Shown here in pieces: positions 18,662-27,419 of a stretch of DNA of 64,000 nt. The stretch is from Chloroflexota bacterium (GTDB taxonomy: Bacteria; Chloroflexota; JAJPGV01). The DNA is taken from assembly GCA_050695655.1 (NCBI GenBank), contig JBOGTU010000264.1, positions 35 through 64,034 on the forward strand, read 5' to 3'. Under the pieces are notes generated by a model that worked only from the letters and a program-made list of their open reading frames with translations, was not told the DNA's origin and made no database searches. The position numbers and the translations under genes are program-made. Position 1 is the first letter of the stretch. Each line of letters opens with the position of its first letter.

Positions 18662-19033
18662 ATGTCTGACCACGAGGGCATCCGCCACACCATGGCCCAG
18701 TTCAGCCATTTCCTGGATGGGCGCCAGTTCCGGCAGTGGGCCGACTTGTTCACCGAAGACGGCCGCTTCAATGAGCTGGCAGGGCGCGAGGCGATCTTCG
18801 ACATGATTTCGCACGCCGAGCTGGCATCCCAGCCCGAGCTGCGCCGGAAGCACACCATCGAGAATCTGGTCATCGACGTCCACGCTGATGAGGCCGAAGT
18901 CGCCAGTGACCTGGTCATGTTCGACCGGATAGGTGACGGCCCCTGGACCATCCGCATCGGCCGCTACCAGGATCGCATGGTCCGCCAGGCCGGCCGCTGG
19001 CTGTTCGCCCAGCGGCGCCTCACCTGGCTGTAG
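18662..19033 (+). CDS. NTF2-like (SnoaL_4-type) family protein 3
   Basis: MSDHEGIRHTMAQFSHFLDGRQFRQWADLFTEDGRFNE...GRYQDRMVRQAGRWLFAQRRL. Confidence 0.8.
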   Translation: MSDHEGIRHTMAQFSHFLDGRQFRQWADLFTEDGRFNELAGREAIFDMISHAELASQPELRRKHTIENLVIDVHADEAEVASDLVMFDRIGDGPWTIRIGRYQDRMVRQAGRWLFAQRRLTWL

Positions 19034-19132
19034 GCCTGTGAGATCAATACCAGCTATATGAAGAATCCATTTGTGGAAGAGATTCCCGAAACCGTACGAT
19101 GTTTCTGAGACCCACAAGAGGAGCATTACGCC

Positions 19133-20011
19133 ATGGCAGACGTGCAAGTCCAGCGCCTGTCGCACGTTGGCTTGATGGCCAACGACGTCAACAAGCAAGC
19201 TGAGTTTTACACCGACCGCTGGGGGCTCGATCGCATTGATGAAGACGCGGGAACGATCTACCTCCGCGGAGAGAACGGCGATCACCACTGCCTGAGCCTG
19301 CGGCCAGGTGAGGCGGGTCTGGACTACATCGCCTTTGAGATTGCAAGCGCCGACGAGCTGGAACGGGGGGTAGACAAACTCCACCAGCGCGGGTTGCAGA
19401 TCCTCGACGCGCCGCGGACTGGCCTCGAGCCTGGCGTCGGCAAGGCGCTGCGGTTCAAGGACACGGACGGCAACACCATTGAACTGTTTGCCGGCATGGA
19501 AACGGTCAAGGATTCCTACGGGCCGCGTGGCGTCAAGCCGCGGGCCGTGAACCACGTGGTTCTGCACAGCGCCAACCGGCCCCGGCTGGAACAGTTCTAC
19601 AGCGACGTGCTGGGCTTCAAACTGTCCGACAACCTGAACAACTTCATGACTTTCTGGCGCTGTAACAGCAACCACCACTCGATAGCCCTGGTTGGGCCTC
19701 GACCGGACGGTTCGTCCGGCCTGCAGCACGTGGCCTTCGAGCTGAAGGACTACCTGGAGTGGCTGAAGGGCATTTACACCATGGGCGAAGCGCACATGCC
19801 ACCCGCCTGGGGCCCGGGCCGGCACCTGGCTGGGAACAACCTGTTCGCCTACTACAACGACCCTGAGGGCAACCGCATCGAGTACACCGCCGAGATCGAG
19901 CAGATAACGGATATCAACTACCAGCCGCATGTCTATATGGGTGACGCCGCCATCGCGGACGTATGGAGCATGACGACGTTCGGCGGCCAGCGCCCGGCAC
20001 CAAGGAGTTAG
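19133..20011 (+). CDS. extradiol ring-cleavage dioxygenase (catechol 2,3-dioxygenase-like, two-domain VOC type I)
   Basis: 292 aa with two VOC modules; RLSHVGLMANDVNKQAEFYTDRWGLD in the N-terminal module, NHVVLHS in the C-terminal module and a C-terminal YTAEIE segment. Confidence 0.9.
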   Translation: MADVQVQRLSHVGLMANDVNKQAEFYTDRWGLDRIDEDAGTIYLRGENGDHHCLSLRPGEAGLDYIAFEIASADELERGVDKLHQRGLQILDAPRTGLEPGVGKALRFKDTDGNTIELFAGMETVKDSYGPRGVKPRAVNHVVLHSANRPRLEQFYSDVLGFKLSDNLNNFMTFWRCNSNHHSIALVGPRPDGSSGLQHVAFELKDYLEWLKGIYTMGEAHMPPAWGPGRHLAGNNLFAYYNDPEGNRIEYTAEIEQITDINYQPHVYMGDAAIADVWSMTTFGGQRPAPRS

Positions 20012-20015
20012 CGTC

Positions 20016-20876
20016 ATGCGTCGAGTCGGCAGGACCTCTTTCACGGAGATCTACTTCTGGGGCTGCAACCCCAGCTTCATCGCCACCGATGATGGCGTGG
20101 TGCTGATCGATACGCCGCAGCAGCCCAACGATGCCCTTAAGTGGCGGGAGGCGGTGCTGGAGCACGGCCCGATCCGCTACCTCATCAATACCGAGCCGCA
20201 CCCTGACCACATCATGGGCAACGCCTACTTTCCGGGCGTCGAAGTGATTGGCCAGACGCAGCTCCAATCGCGCTACGAAGCCGCGCTGCCGATGATGATC
20301 GGCCCGGAGCGGCTCGAGACGATGAAGCAGACTGACCCGGACAGCGTGTGGCTCTACAACCACCCGGACTACCCGCCCAATCCGCCCACGCGCCTGTTCG
20401 ACAAGGAAATGACGCTGAACCTGGGCAAGCACACCTTCCAGATCGTCCACATGCCGGGCCACACCGGGCCGCAAACGTCGGTGATTGTGCCGGAGGAAGG
20501 CGTGGTGTTCACCGGCGATAATATCTTTTACAAATGTAAGACCTTCATCCAGGAAGCGGATCCGTGGGAGTGGCTGGCCGCGCTGGACCGGCTGGCAGCG
20601 CTCGATGTGGAAACCATCGTGCCCGGCCACGGCGAGGTTTGCACCAAGGCGTACCTCCACGAGCAGGGTGAAATCATCCGCAACTGGCTGGAGTTGGTGG
20701 AGGGGTTCGTGAAGAAGGGCATGACCGAGGATGACGCGGTCAAACAGCCGTTGGACGCGCCCAAGCTGGATCCGTACCCAATTGGCCAGCGCCTGTTCCC
20801 CATGAGTGAACGCCTGAACGGGATGAATGTGAGCAACATTTACAAGCATGTGGCGGCTCGCCAAAACGCCCGCTAG
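20016..20876 (+). CDS. MBL-fold metallo-hydrolase
   Basis: TEPHPDHIMG (the HxHxDH motif), plus downstream His/Asp ligands (HMPGHTGP, VPGHGE). Confidence 0.85.
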   Translation: MRRVGRTSFTEIYFWGCNPSFIATDDGVVLIDTPQQPNDALKWREAVLEHGPIRYLINTEPHPDHIMGNAYFPGVEVIGQTQLQSRYEAALPMMIGPERLETMKQTDPDSVWLYNHPDYPPNPPTRLFDKEMTLNLGKHTFQIVHMPGHTGPQTSVIVPEEGVVFTGDNIFYKCKTFIQEADPWEWLAALDRLAALDVETIVPGHGEVCTKAYLHEQGEIIRNWLELVEGFVKKGMTEDDAVKQPLDAPKLDPYPIGQRLFPMSERLNGMNVSNIYKHVAARQNAR

Positions 20877-20990
20877 GTTGAAATCCGGCTTCTCGGCGTG
20901 AGCTCCGAGACGCCAGGGGGGATGTGCTCGCAGGCGTGACCCTCTTGACACCCACCGATGGCTGGCGACTACGGGATCAGCGTCGGTGCC

Positions 20991-21365
20991 TCACTCCGGG
21001 ACACCAGGCGTGATGACAGGCAGACCAGCCGCCGCGGCGGCTGTCGCGAGTGGGTGGTCGTAGGGGACAAACGCCGTCAGTTCGTTCCGCAGGACCAGCG
21101 CCCGAGGCAAGGTGTAACGCGTCGAGTGTCCGAAGCGGTGGATCACCGATCTCGCAGGCAATATCCTGGATCGCACGCTCCAAAGGGACAAGATCAACCG
21201 TCCAGCGGCCACCAACCGGGCCCTTGCGCTCTGACAGGGCTGTGGTGGCACGAGCAGCGCGACGAGCGCGCCACGCTCACTCACCTCAATCGTTTGGCCG
21301 GACTTGACGAGAGCAAGGTATCGCGAGGCATCTTGACGAAGTTCTCGCACGCCGATGCGCTTCAC
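20991..21365 (-). pseudogene. degraded Phd/YefM-type antitoxin fused to PIN (VapC) toxin fragments; TA module remnant
   Basis: N-terminal 45 aa (M)KRIGVRELRQDASRYLALVKSGQTIEVSERGALVALLVP is a clear Phd/YefM signature. PIN C-terminal pieces appear in two frames (LRTLDALHLAS in frame +1; ELTAFVPYDHPLATAAAAAGLPVI in frame 0). About 240 nt remain where about 500 are expected, so an internal deletion plus a frameshift are likely. Confidence 0.5.
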
Positions 21366-21511
21366 GCCTCACCTGCAGCACATGTGGTGCTACACGATGG
21401 CTGGGCGTCACCAGCCATCGTGATCAGCGGTTGCGACCGTAGATCCAACAACCCGCCTGCTTGAGGGCGCAGCCCGAAGGCCTGACCGCCTTAGCTCTGT
21501 GAACTCGAAGA

Positions 21512-23293
21512 CTAACCCGCCAACCAGATGTCGTTGGGCATGAAGAACTCGGTCATGTTGTAGGCCATGCCCTGGACCTTGGCGGTTGCGGCTATTCTCG
21601 GAACCGTGTTCGACCAAGGCAGAACCCAGGCTTGATCGAGGATGTAGGCAACCCACTCCGCGTACGCCTGCTTCTGCGTGGAGGGATCGGTCGTGGTGGC
21701 GATAGCGTTGGTGACCTGAGTGAGCTGGGCGCTCGCGAAATTGGCCCAGTTGTGGGCGGCGGCGAAGTAGGCATTGCCGGCGAAGAAGGCCGGCTGAAGC
21801 TGGCCGAACAGGCTTGCGCCCCCGGCGAGATTGGGGTAGCGGCCGCTGAACAGCTCCTGGATGTAGCTGACCGGATCGGCTGGGCGCAGATTGAGCGTCA
21901 CCCCGATCGTTTTCAGGTCCTGCTGCCAGATCTGGAGCACGTTGGCGTAGTTGGGATCGGTCGATGCGTACAGCACCTCCAGGTTCGGGGCGGATACACC
22001 AGCTTGCTGGACGAGTGACTTGGCCTTGGCCAAATCGAAGGTGTAGAACTGATCCTTGCTGGCACTGTAGGCTGGGTTCGTCGGCGTAATCGGCAGGTCC
22101 TTCGGCGTACCCGTGCCGGTTGTGTAGATGTCCGCCCAGCGTGGGCGATCCATGGAATAGGCCAGTGCTTGGCGGAAGGTCTTGATGGTGGTTGGACCCG
22201 CACCCTGCGCGTTCTGGGTGGCGATCACATTGACTGAGCCGCTTGTCTGGTTGTAGCCGACCTGGTATTTCGAGTCTTTGGCCAGTGCCACGGCGTCGCG
22301 CAAGGCCGGGAGGATTGCCACGTCAATGGCCTCACCCTGCAGCTGGGCCAGCATGGACTGCGGATCTTTGAATATCTGGACCACCATCTGGTCGACATAC
22401 GGCTTGCCCGTCTTCCAGTACTGAGGGTTCTTTTTCATGGTGATGTGGTCGCCCTGGACCCACTCGACGAAGGAAAAGGGGCCCGTGCCAACGGGCTTGT
22501 TGGGGTTGGCAGTGAAGGCAGATTGGTTGAGGATGTTGCACCAGGCCAGTACGCTGAAAACGTTTGGCCAGGGGTGGCTCGCCTTGATCACGGCGGTGTA
22601 CTTGTCCGGCGCCTCGACCGAAGACATGGGCAGCAGGAAGTTGGCCTTTACCCCGCCGTCCACTTTCTTGTCAGTTTTCAAGCGCGTGTAGTTCCAGACA
22701 ACATCGGCGGAGGTGAGCTCCTGGCCGTTGTGGAACGTCACGCCCTTCTTGAGATGCAGGGTCACCTGGGTGTAATCGGGGTTCACGTCCCAGCTTTCGG
22801 CCAGCGCGGGGTGCGGGGTGAGCGACGCGTCGAGTTCGACCAGCCGATCCCAGATGGCGTACAAGAAGTTCTGGCCGTTGATGAAGTGGCCGTCGAGATT
22901 CGGCAGATCCCCCAGGTTGCCCAGCCGCAGGGTGCCACCGGCCTTAGGCTGACCCTTGGGCGCCGTGACCGGATCAGGGGATGACTTGTCTGGGCCGAAC
23001 GGCAGGAAGCCAGCCTGCGAAGCCTTGTCGTGGCTGGCAGCGCTAATGCCTGCGCCCGCCGACGCAGAGGCGGAAGGGGCTGCACTGGCCACGGCCGACG
23101 AATTGGGTGCCGGCGCGGCGTTCACGGACGGCGCCGGCGAACCCGCGGGACTGGACGCCGGGGCAGACGATGTTGGAGCCACGGCGCCGCCGCAGGCGGC
23201 CAGCAGCATGCCAGCCCCGCCAGCGGTTAAAGCCACCAAAACGGCTCGCCGCGAGATCTTCGTGGGAAGAGTTGGGTCAGACATGACGCGCAA
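21512..23293 (-). CDS. ABC transporter substrate-binding protein, family 5 (DppA/OppA-like), lipoprotein/Tat-type signal
   Basis: 593 aa; SRRAVLVALTAGGAGMLLAACGG signal, then SBP_bac_5-type motifs (GGTLRLGNLGDLPNLDGH..., FHNGQELTSADVVWN). Confidence 0.9.
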   Translation of the reverse strand: MRVMSDPTLPTKISRRAVLVALTAGGAGMLLAACGGAVAPTSSAPASSPAGSPAPSVNAAPAPNSSAVASAAPSASASAGAGISAASHDKASQAGFLPFGPDKSSPDPVTAPKGQPKAGGTLRLGNLGDLPNLDGHFINGQNFLYAIWDRLVELDASLTPHPALAESWDVNPDYTQVTLHLKKGVTFHNGQELTSADVVWNYTRLKTDKKVDGGVKANFLLPMSSVEAPDKYTAVIKASHPWPNVFSVLAWCNILNQSAFTANPNKPVGTGPFSFVEWVQGDHITMKKNPQYWKTGKPYVDQMVVQIFKDPQSMLAQLQGEAIDVAILPALRDAVALAKDSKYQVGYNQTSGSVNVIATQNAQGAGPTTIKTFRQALAYSMDRPRWADIYTTGTGTPKDLPITPTNPAYSASKDQFYTFDLAKAKSLVQQAGVSAPNLEVLYASTDPNYANVLQIWQQDLKTIGVTLNLRPADPVSYIQELFSGRYPNLAGGASLFGQLQPAFFAGNAYFAAAHNWANFASAQLTQVTNAIATTTDPSTQKQAYAEWVAYILDQAWVLPWSNTVPRIAATAKVQGMAYNMTEFFMPNDIWLAG

Positions 23294-23404
23294 CCTCCTG
23301 TTTGGGCTTAGCTGGCGCCATCCTAGAACGTGTCGTGACAGAAAGAAAAATGCATTGTAGGTATGGGAACTATCCCCGCGAAGAATGGTTAGGTTAGTGG
23401 CGGC

Positions 23405-24574
23405 TCAGGAGCGACGCGGCCCCGATTCCAGCCCAAAGGCCGTCTGGCCAAAAGCCAGGCCGGCGGTGTCCCAGCCGTTCGCCCCATGATTAGCTACCGC
23501 GTGCATGTCGCGCGCGGCGCGGTTGACAGCATTGTCGTTCTCGATGCCGTGGGCGCCAACGGCCAGCGCCAGCCTGTCAACCGCGCGAGAGCAGAGGACG
23601 GTGTTGAAGCTGAGATCGCGCTGGAGCTTGGCCAGGAAGCCGGGGTTCAGCTGCTGCCCCCTTTCCATGGTCCGCTCGATGTGGTCGCAATCCGCCAGCA
23701 GCAGCCCTTCCGCGGCGTCTATTTCCGCGGCCGATTCAGACAGCTTGAGCTGGCGTTGCGGCATGTTCGCGCGCTCGGGCCGGCCGACTTGCTGCTGCGC
23801 GTAGGCGTTCACTGCGCCGCGGGCGATGCCGAGCGCGGGAGACGAGACGTTGAACGGGAACAGGCCCCACAGCGGCAGCCGGTAGTTCCAGTGAGGATTC
23901 ACCTCGCTGCCCGGCGATGGCCGGCCGTCCAGCAGGTTCGTATCAAGCGTGAAGGCCGCCGGTACGAACGCTTCATGGACGCGAACGTCGCCGCTGCCGC
24001 TGCCGCGCAGCCCCGCGGCAAACCACGTGTCCTCCGTTTCCCAGTCCCGGCGCGGCAGCAAACACCAGAGCCGTTTCGGTGGATCGCTGCCTTCGATCGG
24101 CACTCCCAGGATCACCCAACTGCAGGCTCCACTGCCGCTCGAGAACTGCCACCGGCCACTGACAACGTAGCCACCATTGGCCGGCATGCCCTTTCCCGTT
24201 AACATGGCGAAAGAGGATGCGATGAGGATATCGTCGCTGTCCTTCCAGACAGCCTCCTGGGCCTCCGGGGCGAACATTCCAACGCACCAGGCATGGCAAG
24301 CAACGACGGCCTGCACCCAGCCGGTTGAACCGCACGCCTGGCCCAGGATGCTGGACAGTGTGACCTGGGTTCGGCCGTAGGGCAGCTCGTAACCATTGTA
24401 GCGGGCCGGCTGCAGAACTTTGAAGAAGCCCGCCTGGCGCAGTTCCGTGATCGTCTCCTCTGGTGTACAGCGGAGCTGCTCGGCTTGCGCCGCTCGCGCC
24501 CGCAGGTTTGGCAGCAGCGCAGTGGCGCGCTCGGCCATGTCGACTAGACTCGGGGCTCCCGTGCTGACAGCCAT
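23405..24574 (-). CDS. acyl-CoA-dehydrogenase-fold flavin-dependent monooxygenase, oxygenase component (HsaA/HpaB-C2/DszC-like group D), paralog A
   Basis: LRARAAQAEQLRCTPEETITELRQAGFFKVLQPARYNGYE...WQFSSGSG...; 389 aa. Paralogous to 28480..29652. Confidence 0.85.
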   Translation of the reverse strand: MAVSTGAPSLVDMAERATALLPNLRARAAQAEQLRCTPEETITELRQAGFFKVLQPARYNGYELPYGRTQVTLSSILGQACGSTGWVQAVVACHAWCVGMFAPEAQEAVWKDSDDILIASSFAMLTGKGMPANGGYVVSGRWQFSSGSGACSWVILGVPIEGSDPPKRLWCLLPRRDWETEDTWFAAGLRGSGSGDVRVHEAFVPAAFTLDTNLLDGRPSPGSEVNPHWNYRLPLWGLFPFNVSSPALGIARGAVNAYAQQQVGRPERANMPQRQLKLSESAAEIDAAEGLLLADCDHIERTMERGQQLNPGFLAKLQRDLSFNTVLCSRAVDRLALAVGAHGIENDNAVNRAARDMHAVANHGANGWDTAGLAFGQTAFGLESGPRRS

Positions 24575-24884
24575 CGTGGAAAAATGTTAGGCCGACCGCA
24601 GCCATTGGGGAAATGGATATTCGGTATACCTGGGATTCCGTGGGTGCATGACCTCGACACAATCACCTGGATGGATGGCTGCCATCCAGAATTGTCATTT
24701 CCCGACGCTGGCCGGCCAGCCGTAGGGTGAAGCCATGAAGATTGTGCTGTTTGGTGATGCCCGCCGAATGGGCGCGTGGGAAGGCGATCAGGTTGTTGAA
24801 GCCGAACCGGTTGCCTAACGCCGCGCACACGGTGAAAGTCCATGCCCAGTGGCTGGTGCTGCGCCGCAGCGTGGTGGCCAAGTC

Positions 24885-25370
24885 ATGAGCGTGACTGTTC
24901 GCCGAGTTGTCACCGGGCACGATGCGTTCGGCAAATCCATCTTCATCTCGGACGGCCCGGCCCAACAGTTCCACGATCGACCGAGCTTTGTCGAGGTGTG
25001 GAATACGGCAGGAGCGCCTGCGCCCATCACCGCGGGCCCCGGAGCCGAACCAAATGACCGGCCACTCCAGATTGGCCCGCCTGCGTTGGGCTCGATCGTT
25101 CGCGTGAATGAGATGCTGCCCGGGAACCGTTCGCCGATGCATCGCACCAAGACCATCGACTACGGCATTGTGCTCGAGGGCGAAGTGCATCTGGTTCTGG
25201 AGGACTCGGAAACGCTGCTGCGCGCGGGTGACATTGTGATTCAGCGCGGCACCAACCACGCCTGGGAGAACCGCGCGGATATACCGGCGAAGATGGCCTT
25301 CATCCTCATCGACGCCGAGTTTGCGAGTGACTTGCAGGCGGCGCTGCCGGACATGCGCCTGATGCCTTAG
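24885..25370 (+). CDS. cupin domain protein
   Basis: Double-stranded beta-helix motif IDYGIVLEGEVHLVLEDSETLLRAGDIVIQRGTNHAWEN; start at MSVTVRRVV. Confidence 0.7.
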   Translation: MSVTVRRVVTGHDAFGKSIFISDGPAQQFHDRPSFVEVWNTAGAPAPITAGPGAEPNDRPLQIGPPALGSIVRVNEMLPGNRSPMHRTKTIDYGIVLEGEVHLVLEDSETLLRAGDIVIQRGTNHAWENRADIPAKMAFILIDAEFASDLQAALPDMRLMP

Positions 25371-26188
25371 GCGTTCACGCGGCGTGGGTCCAGCGCATCG
25401 CGCAGGGCGTCCGCGAGGAAGTTCAAGCCGACCAGCAGCAGCGCCAGCGCGACGCCGGGCCAGATGCCCATCCACACATCCGTGCGCAAATAGGCCCGGC
25501 TGTTGTTGAGCATGGAGCCCCAGGAGGGTGTGGGCGGGCGGGTGCCCAGCCCGAGGAACGAGAGCCCGGCCTCGGCCAGCACGGCGATGGCCATGAAGAT
25601 GGCCAGCTGCACCAGCAGCGGCGCAATGCTGTTGGGCAGCACGTTGCGCAGCATGATCCGCCAGCTGCGCGCTCCCGAGGCCTTCGCGGCCAGCACATAG
25701 TCGCGCGTGCGTTCGCCCAGTACCACGGACCGCGTGAGCCGAGCGAAGCCCGGCGTGGCGGCGATAGCCAGGGCGTAGGCGACATTGACGGTGCCCGGCC
25801 CGAGGATGGTAAGCACGGCGATGCCTGTCAGGATGGGAGGGAACGCGAAGAGCGCGTCGCAGATGCGCATGATCACCGTGTCTACCCAACCACCGAGGTA
25901 GCCGGCGATCAGGCCAGTCAGGATGCCGACCCCACCACCCAGAACAATGGTGAGGCCGCCCACGATAAATGACGGCCGGGCGCCCCACAGCAGACGGCTC
26001 AGCAGGTCGCGGCCAATGGCGTCGGTGCCCAGGGGGAAGGTGGCACTTGGGCCCAGCAGTTCCATGCCAGCGTGCTGAGCCAGCGGGTCGTAGGGCGAGA
26101 GCCAGGGTGCGCCAATCGCGGCTGCCAGGAGCAGTCCAATGATGCACAGGCCGAACAGGCCCATGGGATTGCGGGCCGTGTGGAGCAA
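25367..26188 (-). CDS. ABC transporter permease (DppC/OppC-like)
   Basis: C-terminal 270 aa of ORF 25367..26776 has the BPD_transp_1 EAA-loop region and about 6 TM helices. The N-terminal ~190 aa of that ORF is Arg/Ala/Pro-rich low-complexity sequence judged non-coding. Start uncertain: TTG at 26188 or ATG at 26164. Confidence 0.7.
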   Translation of the reverse strand: MLHTARNPMGLFGLCIIGLLLAAAIGAPWLSPYDPLAQHAGMELLGPSATFPLGTDAIGRDLLSRLLWGARPSFIVGGLTIVLGGGVGILTGLIAGYLGGWVDTVIMRICDALFAFPPILTGIAVLTILGPGTVNVAYALAIAATPGFARLTRSVVLGERTRDYVLAAKASGARSWRIMLRNVLPNSIAPLLVQLAIFMAIAVLAEAGLSFLGLGTRPPTPSWGSMLNNSRAYLRTDVWMGIWPGVALALLLVGLNFLADALRDALDPRRVNA

Positions 26189-26283
26189 GCTGGCAAGAAT
26201 GGGGTTGAGCGGCCGGCGGTCGTGGAGGGTCAGCGCAATGTCAGCGGGGCGAGCCGCGCTGGAGACCCCAGCTGGCGGCGCGC

Positions 26284-27237
26284 TCAAGACCCGGCGCCCA
26301 GCCGAATACGCGGGTTCAACAGACCGTACGCCAGGTCTGTCAGCAAATTGAGCACAATGAAAGCCGCCCCGAAGTACAACAGGCCGGCCTGCACGATGGC
26401 ATAGTCCCGATTGCCGATGCCGTCCAGCATCAGCGTGCCGAGACCTGGCCACGAGAAGACTGATTCGATGATGACGGTGCCACCCAGCAGAAAGCCGAAC
26501 TGCAGGCCCAGCACGGTGATGACCGGCAGCAGCGCGTTGCGCAGCGCGTGGCTGAAAATCACCGCGCGGCTGGTCAGCCCCTTGGACCAGGCCGTCCGCA
26601 CGTAGTCGTCGTACAGCACCTCGAGCATGGCCGACTTGACGAAGCGTGACAAGGTGCCGACCAGCGGCAGGGCCAGAGCCAGGGTGGGCAGTGCCAGGAA
26701 CCGAATCGATGTGCCAAGCTCGCCCCAGCTGGCCACCCGCCCACCCGGCGGGAGCCAGTTGAATCGAACCGAGCACAGCAGAATGAGCAGGATGCCCAGC
26801 CAGAAGCCCGGGATGGCAATAGCCAGGCTGTTGAAGATGGTGATGATCCAGTCGGCCAGTCCGCGCTGGTTCACCGCCGCTGAAATGCCGGTGACGACCG
26901 AGATAACGAGCGCAAACATCATGGCTGCCAGCGCGAGCTCCATGGTGGCCGGAATGCGCTGCGCCAGCAGCGTGGACACCTCGACGTGGCTCAGGGCAGA
27001 ACTGCCCAGGTTGCCGTGGGCGAGGTGCTGCAGCCAGATGACGTATTGCTGGGGCAGGCTCTTGTCCAGGCCCATGTCGTGCCGGATGGCAGCGACGCTG
27101 GCTGGCGTGGCGTTGGCACCGGCCAACGCTATGGCTGGGTCACCGGGCAGCAGGTGCAGCAGGCCGAACACCATAATGGTTGACAGAAAAACCACCGGGA
27201 TCGCCTGCAGGATGCGCCGAAGCGCATAGGCTGCCAT
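26284..27237 (-). CDS. ABC transporter permease (DppB/OppB-like)
   Basis: 317 aa; MAAYALRRILQAIPVVFLSTIMVFGLLHLLPGDPA... is the classic DppB N-terminus; EAA loop present. Confidence 0.9.
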   Translation of the reverse strand: MAAYALRRILQAIPVVFLSTIMVFGLLHLLPGDPAIALAGANATPASVAAIRHDMGLDKSLPQQYVIWLQHLAHGNLGSSALSHVEVSTLLAQRIPATMELALAAMMFALVISVVTGISAAVNQRGLADWIITIFNSLAIAIPGFWLGILLILLCSVRFNWLPPGGRVASWGELGTSIRFLALPTLALALPLVGTLSRFVKSAMLEVLYDDYVRTAWSKGLTSRAVIFSHALRNALLPVITVLGLQFGFLLGGTVIIESVFSWPGLGTLMLDGIGNRDYAIVQAGLLYFGAAFIVLNLLTDLAYGLLNPRIRLGAGS

Positions 27238-27419
27238 TCAAGGCATGCTAATCAGCTCTTCATGATAGAGCAAATCAATATTCAGAATAGGACACATAAG
27301 CCATTCGAATGGCGCGGCCATGTGCTGGCGTAATAGCAGCCATATCGCCAATCCATTTGTCAGCCGCGAGCCGAGGTCGTAGAGTCTGCAGCAATTCCAC
27401 TACGCCAGAGAGGCTGACC

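Noticed and set aside
18350-20044. 564-aa minus-strand ORF spanning the NTF2-like genes and the catechol dioxygenase
   Set aside because: Antisense to four plus-strand genes with clear family signatures. Its translation is Arg/Ala/Val/Gly/Pro-rich low-complexity sequence typical of off-frame reading in high-GC DNA.
24663-26147. 494-aa minus-strand ORF covering the cupin gene and the DppC-like C-terminus in another frame
   Set aside because: R/H/P/G-rich and overlaps two better-supported genes; high-GC artefact.
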